From NCBI GenBank assembly GCA_044869275.1, contig JBIOXB010000075.1:1-64000 (forward strand): 64,000 nucleotides of DNA, written 5' to 3'. Below, piece after piece: positions 20,586 to 30,370 of this stretch. Source of the stretch: a bacterium (GTDB taxonomy: Bacteria; Zhuqueibacterota; Zhuqueibacteria; Zhuqueibacterales; Zhuqueibacteraceae). Under the pieces are notes generated by a model. That model searched no databases and had not been told where the DNA came from. It was given only the letters and a program-made list of their open reading frames with translations. The position numbers and the translations under genes are program-made. The first letter of the stretch is position 1. The number at the start of each line of letters is the position of its first letter.

Positions 20586-23500
20586 TGGAGTAAAATGATT
20601 TTTCGTATGGCGTTGAATTGCCCGGATTTCATGCGGCAAAAATAAACCCCGGCCGCCACCATCTGGCCGGCATCGTCACGGCCATTCCAGAGAATCTCGT
20701 GATGCCCCGCGCCGAGGTGCTGGTGCAACAATGAGCGCACGGGCTGGCCCAACACATTCCAAATCGTCAATTCCACTTCCGTTTCCACCGGCAAGCTGAA
20801 GCGCATGGTGCTGGCGGCCTGGGCATGTGCTTGCAGCCTCGCAGGATTCGGATAACTTGGGGCCAGGGAAAAAGCCTGCGGCAGCGCCGCAGCGAGCAAG
20901 CCGGTCTTGTTGAGCTCGTCTTGGCTGCCGGCCCACAAAGTAAATCGTCGCGGTGCTGCAGCGCTACGCAGCGCAAGACTTTGCGCGCGGCCGTTTTCAT
21001 CGAAATCAATTTCACGCACTAGGCCGTCCTCATCTTGCAGCAGCATCTTCCCATCGCCTGGAAACTCGCCGGTGAGCTGGAAATCCAAAGTCAAAGCTTT
21101 GCCCGCTTGTGCCGCCAAAACCTCGAACACCCATTTTTCGACCGCCGCCGCGGGTGGGCGAAAATCAGTGGTAAAATCGCCCTTGAATTCCTGCCAATGT
21201 TCTTGTGGGAAACGCAGTGATACAAACTCACCCGCGGCCGGCGGTGGCTCGCTCAGTTCCATCCCATCCCATCCCTCGTGGGCGTACGTGGAAACGCCCA
21301 GCCAGTTTTGCGTGTCCGCAAACTCATCGTTGCGCAGGGTCAATTGCAGTTGCCAAATGAATGGTGCCGCCGCGATCGTTGCCGGCCCTGGGATATCCTC
21401 TGCGGCGTAAGCCGGCGTTTCTTGAACATTGCGCCGTTCGCCGGCCGGCGAGGAGACTCCCGCCCGCGCGGGGATGTCGCTCGTCGTGCTGTTGACTGGC
21501 GAGTTCGTTGCGCAACCGGCGCATTGCGGCGGAATCACCAGCGTTTGCGGCTGCCCGCTCAAATTGCGAACAAAATATCCTTGCCATGGCTGCATCACCG
21601 CGCGATGCGCGAGATATTGTTTGCCATTGAATGCCCACAGTTGCGCTTCGACCAGAGGCGGTCTTTGCACGGTACTCCAGTCCGTGGGAAAGTCAAAAGG
21701 CGTGGCAATCAAATTCCAGCCGGGCTGCAATTCCAGCAAGAAATCTTGTGCGGTAGTAACGGAAAAACCGACACCGGCATCGAAGGCTTGCGGTTTCGCA
21801 GTAATCAGCCAGTATGCGCGGCCAGGCTCCAGTGGTTGAAATTCAGGTTTGCCAAATTCGATGTTGCCGGCTCGCGGCGCGTAAGCATAAAGCCGCCAGC
21901 CCATGGGATCGTATGCACCCAGGTTATCTGCAAACACCGCCTCGGGCGAATTGGAGAAAAGCCGGTACGGAATCGAAACGAGCTGATAATATTTCCCCCG
22001 GGTCGTGGTGGGCGCAGGAATTTGTTGCGATTTCACCACCACCGCATGCACGGCGCGGGGATCCGCATTCACCGTTGACCGTCCCACATTGCCGGCCGAA
22101 TCCGCGGCAAGTATCACATACTGCAAACCTGGAGATCGAATTGCGGCGCCTGGAATGGACGCAACAAATTCGCCGCCCTCTGCAGGCATCAGAATTTCAG
22201 AAAAATCGGAAAGGCCGGTGGTGCGGAAGAGCACACGAACGCTCGCAATACCCCCCAGCTGATCGCGTGCGGTGGCGCGCACAGAAGATGTCTCTTCGGC
22301 TGCAACGGTGTCCAACGGCGTATGCGAAAGCGTGGGCGGCGTATGATCGACACGAAAGCTGGCGGTCGCTGAGGTCGCGGTATTGCCCGCGCTATCGAAT
22401 GCGGCGATGCGCCAGTCATACTTTCTTTCCGCGAGCACGGTGTCCAGCTTGAAGGCGCGCGCGGCGCCGGGCAAACGCCTAATAGTTCTGCCCGCGAGAA
22501 TCAAATCATGGCGCGCAATGTTGCTGAGTGCATCGGTGGCCGGTTGCCACTCAAAGCGCAGCGTGTCATTGCCAGCCCAGGCAAAGGCGTTGCCGGCATG
22601 CAGCTTGCTTGGCGGTTGCGGCGCTGAGGCGTCATAACGACAATCAACACGAATGGCGGTGCGATAATCGACATTGCCGCTACCATCAACAAGCCAAACA
22701 TAAAATGGCACCTTGCCTTCGCGCGGCGCCAGCAGGCTGACCTCTTGTATCGTCTGGCCAGCGGGTGGAAGCGCCAATTCACCATCCCGATTGCCGTCGG
22801 GCGGCGAGTCCATTTTGTAAAACGCCCCGGTAATGCCGCTGGGATCGAAAGGATTCTGCCAGCGGACGGTGAAGCCGGCCAACCGGCTCCAGTTCGCGGG
22901 AGTGATGGTCACCACTTGCGGTGAAGCAGGCGCGGTGGCATCCGGTGCGCCCAAGTTATACACCCGCAACAAAAACTGCTGCGTGGTGACGGCCTGTGAC
23001 AAATCTTGGGCGTGCAACGTGATCACGTGCACTCCCGCATCCGGCAGGCGGGGCGTGCCGTGCAACCTTTCATTCGCCGCATCCCAAGTTAACCAAGCCG
23101 GCGCCTGCGCGATGGTGATGGTCACACGATCGCCGGCGTCGATATCTTGTGCGGTCACCTGGTATTGATACAGAGAATCTACGAATGCGACGGTATCCAT
23201 TTCGCCGGTGAATGTGGGCGGATCATTGCTATTCGCGACGCGCAAAGTAAAGCGCTGCTGATCGCGTGCATTCTTGCGGTCGCGCACTTCCAGGGAAACG
23301 CTGTGCTCGCCGACGTGATCGTTGCTCGGTGTTCCGCTCAACAGGCGGGTCAAACTGTCCAACTGCAGCCAGGCCGGCGCTTGCTGGAGTGTGAGCCGCA
23401 ATTCCTCGTCCGGATCAGGGTCGTTGATGGCGATTTGATAACGATACAGCGAATCCTCTGGGATGGTGGTTGGTGGCGTGGAGGTGAATCTTGGTCGCGT

Positions 23501-25903
23501 GTTGCTGAGATCAACCGGAATCGCATAGGTTCTTGGATCGCGCGCGTCCGCGCGGTCTCTCACATACAAGGAAAATAGCGTGTCGGTGTAATTATTGCGT
23601 GTGGGTGTGCCGCTCAAGTTGCCGTTCACCGAAAACTGCAGCCACGCCGGTTTGCGCGTGGCCAAGAAGGTCAGAGAATCACCTTGATCATCATCGCGGG
23701 CCGTCATTTTGTATGAATAAACCGCGCCTTCGCTTGCGCGTGGCGGCGCCGCACTCGTGATTTGCGGCGGATCGTTGGTGTTCACCACCCTTACCTGGAA
23801 TTGTTGCTGCCCGAAATTGCCCTGGCGATTCGTGACGGTGATTTTCACCGCGTGCAGGCCGACGTGCTCGTTCAAAGGCGTGCCGCTTAGCTCGCCTGGC
23901 GACGTCAAGGAAAGCCAGGCCGCGTCTGTTTCCAATTCATACTCCAACACTTCTTGTGGGTTGGGATCGCTCGCCAGGATGCGATAACGGTAGACCTCAT
24001 CCTCCCTCGCGATCGTGTCCGGCCGTGAAGTGATGGCCGGCGCAGAAAAATCAGCCAAAACGCGCAGCTTAAAATTTTGCGTCGCCCGCCCACCTTCAAG
24101 ATCACTCGCCTGGATTTGGACGTCAAATTCGCCACGATCGTTGGCGCTGGGGAGGCCATGCAAAGTTTTTTCAGCCTGATCGAGCTGCAACCATGCCGGT
24201 GCCGTGGCCACCGCCAGTTCCGGCTGCGCCTCAGAATCAAAGTCAAGGCTGGCAATGGTGTAGGCGTATGCCGTATTCACATAGGCGGTTTCCGGCGGCG
24301 TGGAAACGATCAGGGGTGGCACGTTCTCAAATTTCCCATCTGCAGCGAGGGGCTGGGCATAAATGTCATCGCTCGGTTGGCGCCCGTCGCTCCACGCCGC
24401 CAGGGCCCGGCCATTCGCGCGTGCGAGGATCACGGGCGTGGAAGTCTCTTCTTCATGATCCGTCAGGAAAACCCCTGCGGCTGGCCACAATGGTCTGCCG
24501 GCTGCATCCACGCGCTGTGCGGCGATGGTCGTACCGCTGTTGCGATCTTCTTCCCAAACGCAAAAGAATCCTCCCGCAGCATCGCCAGCAGCGCGCGGGC
24601 GATATTGCCCTTGTTCTGCCCGTACGATCGCAAGGCCCGCAGCGGACCACAACAAGCGGCCGTCGCGGCTGAGGCGCTGCGCATAAATGTCGCCGTCGTC
24701 GTTGCGTGCATCCTCCCATACCAATATCAAGCCGCCCTCCTCGGCGCCAAGCAGTTGTACCTCTTTTTGTTCGTCGGATGCTCTTCCTGCGGCCAACCCC
24801 AGAATGCTCCACTGCAGAAGGCCGCTGGTATTTAACCGCTGCACGTAAACATTCGGAATGTTAAGGCGCCGCTCAATCCAGGCAGCATAAACGGAAATGC
24901 TGCCAGTGTTGTTCGCCTCGACATGCAGCATGGCCTCGCTTTGATCGAAAAGCGATTGCGCCACCCAGGCTGCGGCGTTCCAAACTTTATTGCCGTTGAG
25001 ATCGAAGTTTTGCACGAGCACGCGTGCAGGCGTGGTCCGTTCATCGCGCCAAGCCAAAAAAAAGCCTTGTCCTGTGTGCGCAGCGGCGTCGCCGAGCAAC
25101 TGGCTGCGCGCTTCCTGCACCAGCGCAACGCCGGCCGGATTCCACAGCTTGTCACCCCCGGCATTCACGCGCTGCGCAAAAATGTCCCAATTGCCGGCGC
25201 GTTCATCCTGCCAAAGCACTATCGCACCACCGGCGCCGTCTGCAATTACCAACGGCACCGTTTGCTCGCGGTTGCCGCGATATATTTCTTTGCCGCCTTC
25301 GCCCCAGAGCCGTACGCCGTCGCCATTCAATCGTTGTGCAAAGATCTCACCGTCGTCGCTGCCGGCGGCCTCCTGCCAGGCGACGATAAAGCCGCCGCTG
25401 CCGTCCGGCATGACCGCGAATTGTACGTGCTGGCCGGCAGTTCTCGCGGCTTCCAAACCGTCCCTTTGCCACAGCGGTTGGCCGAAAGGACTCAAGTGCT
25501 GGCAAAAAATCTTTTGCTGCGCACCGCGTTGATCCAACCACAATATGAATGCGCCATCCCCGCCGTCTGCAACCATCACCGGTGCGGATTGATCGCCAGG
25601 GGCGCGGCTGATCGGAAGATTGTAAAAACCGGCGGCAGGCAACACGGTGGAGACGCTGAAAAGCAATGCTAGCCTAGCCACTGCCAAGTTGAGCGTATTG
25701 CGATTTCGTCCTGGGCGGACCGATGCTTTGGGGCTGTCCTTCCGTAAGAAACTACCCTCCGGCCGCGCACAACCATGGCTGGGGAGATCGTCTGAGCGCA
25801 AGGGGGGATGCCTGCGGCATAGCAGGAGCAGCAATCGGTTTTTACTTTTTCCGAAATGCATAAAAAGATTCTTCCAGGAAGACGTGAGATCGAAAGGAGG
25901 CAC
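20582..25903 (-). CDS. Giant secreted protein: propeller-like repeats, about five cadherin/He_PIG Ig repeats, FN3-like domains, C-terminal FlgD-Ig/T9SS-like domain
   Basis: DG.GG...W.D.R...DI.AQR repeats; P.ITS.P...Y.Y...A.D...P.WL...GTP repeats; YPNP...WNGRD..G..VAAGVYF. The true start is probably near 25690. Confidence 0.8.
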   Translation of the reverse strand: MPPFDLTSSWKNLFMHFGKSKNRLLLLLCRRHPPLRSDDLPSHGCARPEGSFLRKDSPKASVRPGRNRNTLNLAVARLALLFSVSTVLPAAGFYNLPISRAPGDQSAPVMVADGGDGAFILWLDQRGAQQKIFCQHLSPFGQPLWQRDGLEAARTAGQHVQFAVMPDGSGGFIVAWQEAAGSDDGEIFAQRLNGDGVRLWGEGGKEIYRGNREQTVPLVIADGAGGAIVLWQDERAGNWDIFAQRVNAGGDKLWNPAGVALVQEARSQLLGDAAAHTGQGFFLAWRDERTTPARVLVQNFDLNGNKVWNAAAWVAQSLFDQSEAMLHVEANNTGSISVYAAWIERRLNIPNVYVQRLNTSGLLQWSILGLAAGRASDEQKEVQLLGAEEGGLILVWEDARNDDGDIYAQRLSRDGRLLWSAAGLAIVRAEQGQYRPRAAGDAAGGFFCVWEEDRNSGTTIAAQRVDAAGRPLWPAAGVFLTDHEEETSTPVILARANGRALAAWSDGRQPSDDIYAQPLAADGKFENVPPLIVSTPPETAYVNTAYAYTIASLDFDSEAQPELAVATAPAWLQLDQAEKTLHGLPSANDRGEFDVQIQASDLEGGRATQNFKLRVLADFSAPAITSRPDTIAREDEVYRYRILASDPNPQEVLEYELETDAAWLSLTSPGELSGTPLNEHVGLHAVKITVTNRQGNFGQQQFQVRVVNTNDPPQITSAAPPRASEGAVYSYKMTARDDDQGDSLTFLATRKPAWLQFSVNGNLSGTPTRNNYTDTLFSLYVRDRADARDPRTYAIPVDLSNTRPRFTSTPPTTIPEDSLYRYQIAINDPDPDEELRLTLQQAPAWLQLDSLTRLLSGTPSNDHVGEHSVSLEVRDRKNARDQQRFTLRVANSNDPPTFTGEMDTVAFVDSLYQYQVTAQDIDAGDRVTITIAQAPAWLTWDAANERLHGTPRLPDAGVHVITLHAQDLSQAVTTQQFLLRVYNLGAPDATAPASPQVVTITPANWSRLAGFTVRWQNPFDPSGITGAFYKMDSPPDGNRDGELALPPAGQTIQEVSLLAPREGKVPFYVWLVDGSGNVDYRTAIRVDCRYDASAPQPPSKLHAGNAFAWAGNDTLRFEWQPATDALSNIARHDLILAGRTIRRLPGAARAFKLDTVLAERKYDWRIAAFDSAGNTATSATASFRVDHTPPTLSHTPLDTVAAEETSSVRATARDQLGGIASVRVLFRTTGLSDFSEILMPAEGGEFVASIPGAAIRSPGLQYVILAADSAGNVGRSTVNADPRAVHAVVVKSQQIPAPTTTRGKYYQLVSIPYRLFSNSPEAVFADNLGAYDPMGWRLYAYAPRAGNIEFGKPEFQPLEPGRAYWLITAKPQAFDAGVGFSVTTAQDFLLELQPGWNLIATPFDFPTDWSTVQRPPLVEAQLWAFNGKQYLAHRAVMQPWQGYFVRNLSGQPQTLVIPPQCAGCATNSPVNSTTSDIPARAGVSSPAGERRNVQETPAYAAEDIPGPATIAAAPFIWQLQLTLRNDEFADTQNWLGVSTYAHEGWDGMELSEPPPAAGEFVSLRFPQEHWQEFKGDFTTDFRPPAAAVEKWVFEVLAAQAGKALTLDFQLTGEFPGDGKMLLQDEDGLVREIDFDENGRAQSLALRSAAAPRRFTLWAGSQDELNKTGLLAAALPQAFSLAPSYPNPARLQAHAQAASTMRFSLPVETEVELTIWNVLGQPVRSLLHQHLGAGHHEILWNGRDDAGQMVAAGVYFCRMKSGQFNAIRKIILLH

Positions 25904-25951
25904 CGCTCAAACGGTGCCCGCTCTCCTCGCCTGAAACGATGCGCTTGCGTT

Positions 25952-26761
25952 TCACTGTGGTGGCGGTCCAGGCGGCTCGGGCAGCAATTTCGGCTGTCCT
26001 TCCGCTGCTTCGCGCCCCAATAGCCAATAGGCTGAGCCGCCGCCCACCACCGCTGCGGCGGAAAGATACCACCACCATTTTCGCGATTTACTGCGTGCGA
26101 CGGCCGGTTCGGAAAGCGCGAGCGGCAAGGGCAGCGGCGTGACGGTCTCTTCTTGCGAAAAAATGAGCTCGGGCGCGCCCAACAATGCTTGCATGAGCAC
26201 GCGGGCGTCAAAATCTGGCGTGAGGGCGTATGCCGCTTCACCCACCTGCTGCAGCCGATGCTCGCTGGCGTGCACTTTCGTCACTTCTCCAGAAGCACCG
26301 TCGAGCCAGCGCAAAATCACGCGCAGACCAAGCGGCTGTGAAGGCTGGGCGATAACGTTAACCACCGGCAAAACCATTTTTTGCACCGCGAACGCAGCGC
26401 AGAGCTTGCTCACGCTGTCGGGATGAAACGGATCGAAAGCCGGGCGTGATCGCAAAAACTCGCTGAAGGTTTCGGGCGGCAGGGGAATCAAGCTTTCTTC
26501 AGGCAGAGCGGAAGAGAGCAGCGTCGAAATTTGCGTTGACAAGCGCGCAAAAGCGGAATCCGTTTTCGCGTGCGCGGCCAGCCCGCTGTGAGGTTGCGGC
26601 GGTGCCGCGATCGCGGGATAAATCGCGACGCGGAGGCGATCCTGGCCGCCGGCCGTCTGGCACAACCCTGCAGCAAAAAAGCCCGGCAGCCACCAAGCAG
26701 TGACGCCAATCAGTGCAAAGCATGAGCGAAAAGTCGTATTCATCGCCCGCTTACCATCCAT
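25952..26761 (-). CDS. Hypothetical exported protein with C-terminal hydrophobic anchor and Pro-rich tail
   Basis: Signal peptide; KWWWYLSAAAVVGGGSAYWLL; LPEPPGPPP. Confidence 0.6.
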   Translation of the reverse strand: MDGKRAMNTTFRSCFALIGVTAWWLPGFFAAGLCQTAGGQDRLRVAIYPAIAAPPQPHSGLAAHAKTDSAFARLSTQISTLLSSALPEESLIPLPPETFSEFLRSRPAFDPFHPDSVSKLCAAFAVQKMVLPVVNVIAQPSQPLGLRVILRWLDGASGEVTKVHASEHRLQQVGEAAYALTPDFDARVLMQALLGAPELIFSQEETVTPLPLPLALSEPAVARSKSRKWWWYLSAAAVVGGGSAYWLLGREAAEGQPKLLPEPPGPPPQ

Positions 26762-27037
26762 GTAAAGTGCACCTTTCAGACGATTTCCTGCTCATCCCGA
26801 AGCGTCGGGACGAGTATGACGAAAATTTCATCAAAGACATGAGCGCCTCCGCATCAAACGCCTGGAAGCCGGACGGCAAGGAACATTGCAGCCGAGTCCT
26901 GTTGTATAGAATACGCGCAATACCGCGGGATGCGTTCTACTGTGAATGAAATTTGCGGTTCTATCCGCTTGAATTTGCTAGGCTATCCTGGCAAGGGGAT
27001 ATCGCGTGGGGGCACCTGTGGCGAGAGCATGGGAACG

Positions 27038-27070
27038 AAAAAAGGGCGGCCCGAAGGGCACGCCCTAAAA
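27038..27070 (-). terminator. Rho-independent terminator after the ABC ATPase gene
   Basis: AGGGCG(T)GCCC-TTCG-GGCCGCCCT hairpin followed by a T tract on the minus strand. Confidence 0.7.
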
Positions 27071-27090
27071 TAAAGCGGAAAAATTCCGGC

Positions 27091-27780
27091 TCAGTTCCGG
27101 CGTTGCAAGAGCCGGTCCTCTTCGATCGACCCATCGCGCAAGCGCACGATGCGGCGCGCGTGGCTGGCGATCTGCTCGTCGTGCGTGACGAGAATAATCG
27201 TATGGCCTTGACGGTTCAATTCACCTAGGACCGCCATGATTTCTTCCCCGGTTTTGCTGTCCAAATTCCCGGTGGGCTCGTCAGCGAGGATAATGGAAGG
27301 ATTGTTGACCAGCGCGCGCGCGATGGCCACGCGCTGGCGCTGTCCGCCGGAGAGCTCGTTGGGCTTGTGATGCATGCGGTCGCCGAGGCCCACGCGTTCG
27401 AGCGCATTTTTGGCCTGCTCCCGCCGCTTGGCAGCCGGAATGCCGGCATAAATCAACGGCAATTCCACGTTATGCAGGGCGTTCGCGCGCGGCAAGAGGT
27501 TGAAGGTTTGAAACACGAAGCCGATGCGGCGATTGCGAATCTCCGCGAGTTGATCGTCGTTCATCTTGCTGACTAATTCACCGCCGAATTGATACTCGCC
27601 GCTGGTCGGCGTGTCCAAGCAGCCGAGAATGTTCATCAGCGTCGATTTGCCAGAGCCGGAAGGCCCCATAATCGCGAGGTATTCATTTTCAGCGATCTGC
27701 ACGTCAACTCCGCACAGGGCGTTGACTTGAATCTCGCCGATTTCATAGGTTTTCACCAGAGCGCGTACGTCGATTAGCAT
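27091..27780 (-). CDS. MacB/LolD-type ABC transporter ATP-binding protein
   Basis: [33 protein letters not shown]. Confidence 0.93.
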   Translation of the reverse strand: MLIDVRALVKTYEIGEIQVNALCGVDVQIAENEYLAIMGPSGSGKSTLMNILGCLDTPTSGEYQFGGELVSKMNDDQLAEIRNRRIGFVFQTFNLLPRANALHNVELPLIYAGIPAAKRREQAKNALERVGLGDRMHHKPNELSGGQRQRVAIARALVNNPSIILADEPTGNLDSKTGEEIMAVLGELNRQGHTIILVTHDEQIASHARRIVRLRDGSIEEDRLLQRRN

Positions 27781-27820
27781 GGGAATTTCTTTCGGGTTAT
27801 GTGAAAAATAAATGGATGCT

Positions 27821-27870
27821 TTTACACGTTACACCTTACACCTTACACGTGTAAAGTGTAACGTGTAAAG
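27821..27870. repeat. 7-bp periodic array forming a hairpin
   Basis: (ttacac[g/c])x4, then (tgtaa[a/c]g)x3; perfect 14-bp inverted repeat at 27821-27834 and 27856-27869. Confidence 0.8.
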
Positions 27871-27889
27871 TGATGTAGCAATGCTCGTC

Positions 27890-29266
27890 CTACTCCTGCA
27901 GCAGCACGCCCATCGTGGCATGGAGCTGCGCATACGCGATCATGCTGTCGTATTTAGCGCTGATAAAGGTGGAGCGTGCGCGGGTCAAATTGGCCTGCGC
28001 ATTGATAATGTCCAGCAGCGTGCCCGCGCCGACGCGATAGCGCTCTTGCGCCAGCCGCAGATCTTCCTGTGCGGAGACGAGATTGTCACTGTTGATGGCG
28101 GTGATTTCTTTCCAGGCGCGCAGCGCCAGCAGCGCCTGTTCCGCTTCTTGCCGCAACGTGCGCAGCCGGTCGGCGTAATCTTCTTCAGCAATGTGATAAA
28201 GGAGCGATTGGCGTTGCACTTCGGCGCGGTCGGAAAAACCATTAAACAGATTCCAGCGCAAGCCCAGGCCAATTGTTCCAGTCCAGTTCTTGCTGAAATC
28301 GCCATAGACCAGCCGGGCTTCGTTGTGGCCGCGGCTATAATTCGCATTGAGGCCTAAGCTGGGCAAAAAAGCCGTGCGCGCGATACCTTTGCCGAATTCT
28401 GCGCGCCGCATTTCATACCGCACACTTTGCAGCTCCGGATTCTTTTCCACCGTTATATTGACGACTTCATCCAAAGTGTATTCGCGAAAGGCAGGGACTT
28501 CTTCGATATCAACGATGCTGAGCTCGGTGCCCGCTTGCCTGCCCATGGCCACGTTCAATAAGTCGCGCGTGTTCGTAACCCGGTTTTGCTGGGTGATCAG
28601 ATTGATGCGATCATTGCCGTGCGTCGTCCGCGCGCGGAACACATCGCCCTGCGCCACCGAGCCGATTTCGTACATACTCTCCGTGCGTTTGAGCTGTTCG
28701 TCACTCGATTTTGAGGCCTCTTCATAGACTGACAAAAGCTGCAGTTCCTTCAGATAGCCCAAATAGCGTTGATAGACCAGTAAAATCGTGCTTTGTTTGA
28801 TTGATTCGTAGCTCTTAATGCTGCTTTCCTCTGCGGCATCGGCCTCGCGGATGCGGTTCCAATTGGCGCCAAAATTAAAAATCGGCATGCTGAAATCGAG
28901 CCGGCCGGAATGGGAATTGGTGCTATAGCCATCTTGCGTTGCCGACCGGCGCTCGAAAATGGCGTTGCTGTCCGCGTCAAAACCCACGAGCACGTTCTCC
29001 TGAATATCGCGTTCGCCCGCCTGTGTTCGCGAGGAGCCGAGCGAAAGATCAAGGGAGGGTAAAATTCCAGACCGCGCCGCTGTCACTTGCGTGCCGGCAA
29101 TGCGGCTGCGGCGCTCGGTGTTGCGCAACTCGGAATTGTTCTGTAGAGCAAGCTGAATGCACTCCTTTATCGTCAGCGGCTGGGCGTTTTGTGCCAAGGC
29201 CGGATCGAGGGATGGCAAAAGCAGCAACATTGCAAGCAGGTACGAAAAAGAATTCTTCACGGCCAT
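27890..29266 (-). CDS. TolC-family outer membrane efflux protein
   Basis: Signal peptide; ALQNN.EL, LPSL.L, ERYRVGAGTLLD; start at 29266 or GTG at 29260. Confidence 0.88.
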   Translation of the reverse strand: MAVKNSFSYLLAMLLLLPSLDPALAQNAQPLTIKECIQLALQNNSELRNTERRSRIAGTQVTAARSGILPSLDLSLGSSRTQAGERDIQENVLVGFDADSNAIFERRSATQDGYSTNSHSGRLDFSMPIFNFGANWNRIREADAAEESSIKSYESIKQSTILLVYQRYLGYLKELQLLSVYEEASKSSDEQLKRTESMYEIGSVAQGDVFRARTTHGNDRINLITQQNRVTNTRDLLNVAMGRQAGTELSIVDIEEVPAFREYTLDEVVNITVEKNPELQSVRYEMRRAEFGKGIARTAFLPSLGLNANYSRGHNEARLVYGDFSKNWTGTIGLGLRWNLFNGFSDRAEVQRQSLLYHIAEEDYADRLRTLRQEAEQALLALRAWKEITAINSDNLVSAQEDLRLAQERYRVGAGTLLDIINAQANLTRARSTFISAKYDSMIAYAQLHATMGVLLQE

Positions 29267-29286
29267 GACTCCTTCCGAGTAATTCA

Positions 29287-29979
29287 TCAAAATATCGCCT
29301 TCAATCCCATGCCGAGGGCAAGAAAAACCGCCCAGCATGCGAACACAGTGACGATGCCCTTCTGATTGGTGAACTTATACGTGGCTGCGAAGCCGAGGCC
29401 CACCACGACCAGCCACCAAATGTAGAACAGGTCGAATTGCGAAAATAAAAAGAACAACGGGGACCCTTTGTCCTCGCCCGCCAGAAATGCCAGGCTCGTG
29501 GGGCTGGTCATATCGCCGCGCGACAGCATGAGAGGAATGTGCACGATCATACTCAACAACGTAATCAGAGCACTCCAGCAGACCACGGCAAAGGGAATTT
29601 TGAATTTGGTTTCGCCGCCCAAAATGACATTTCCAACGAACAAGAAAACGCCGGCAATGAGAACATACACGACCGGGGTGAAAATCACGGGAGCAATCAT
29701 GGTGCTCCCGCTAATCCACGGCACCGCCGCATCCATTTGCTCCTGGGTCATGTTCGGGTTTTTCGCCATCTCGTCCAGGGCTTGTTCAATAATCAAATCT
29801 TTCAAGAAAAATCCCGATAGACCCGCCGCCACGATCATGATCAGTAACGGCACAACCCAGGACGGGCGCGCGACAATGTCGTCCATCGTCGGCCTTGGCG
29901 AAGTGCAAATGCCGATCATGCGATCGATTGTACTTTGAGATTGCGGCACAGCCGCAGCGCCAGTGCTCATTGTTGCCAT
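29287..29979 (-). CDS. Yip1-family (YknW-like) membrane protein
   Basis: Multi-TM protein; SP..T...I..RP.W..P and DLF.IW motifs; strong SD GGAGGAGG. Confidence 0.75.
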   Translation of the reverse strand: MATMSTGAAAVPQSQSTIDRMIGICTSPRPTMDDIVARPSWVVPLLIMIVAAGLSGFFLKDLIIEQALDEMAKNPNMTQEQMDAAVPWISGSTMIAPVIFTPVVYVLIAGVFLFVGNVILGGETKFKIPFAVVCWSALITLLSMIVHIPLMLSRGDMTSPTSLAFLAGEDKGSPLFFLFSQFDLFYIWWLVVVGLGFAATYKFTNQKGIVTVFACWAVFLALGMGLKAIF

Positions 29980-30022
29980 GGCTTCCTCCTCCTCACGAAT
30001 GGGTTAAAAGATTGTGAAATAA

Positions 30023-30047
30023 GACGGATGATTGTAACAAAAGTTTC
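30023..30047 (-). promoter_or_regulatory. ECF (SigW-like) promoter for the Yip1-TolC-ABC unit
   Basis: GAAAC-N16-CGTC on the minus strand, about 45 bp upstream of the yip1 start. Confidence 0.55.
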
Positions 30048-30370
30048 TTAACGGGTGTTAAACTTTATTACACGCAGCTAATCCCATGTTCACCAGGCAA
30101 GCTTTGCTCCGCGTAACGAGTGAAGTTCGCAGCGGTTTCCTGCTTCCGATATGTTTGCGGAAAACTTTGCTGCCGTCTAAAAAGGGCACCTCCGGTCTTC
30201 CGTTCCATGAAGGATGAGTGTTTTGAAACGGATGAACTGCTACACATTAGCTTGATACTGCTGGTCATGCTGCAGGGTCGAATCGTTGAGGAATTCCGGA
30301 GCGAGGGATGCTTGCGCCTTCTCGTGGTACGTTTTTCCTTCGGGATGACAGGATAGTGTTTTGGCCAAGT

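Noticed and set aside
30060..30370. Possible riboswitch or REP upstream of yip1
   Set aside because: Only weak imperfect hairpins; no riboswitch consensus recognised.
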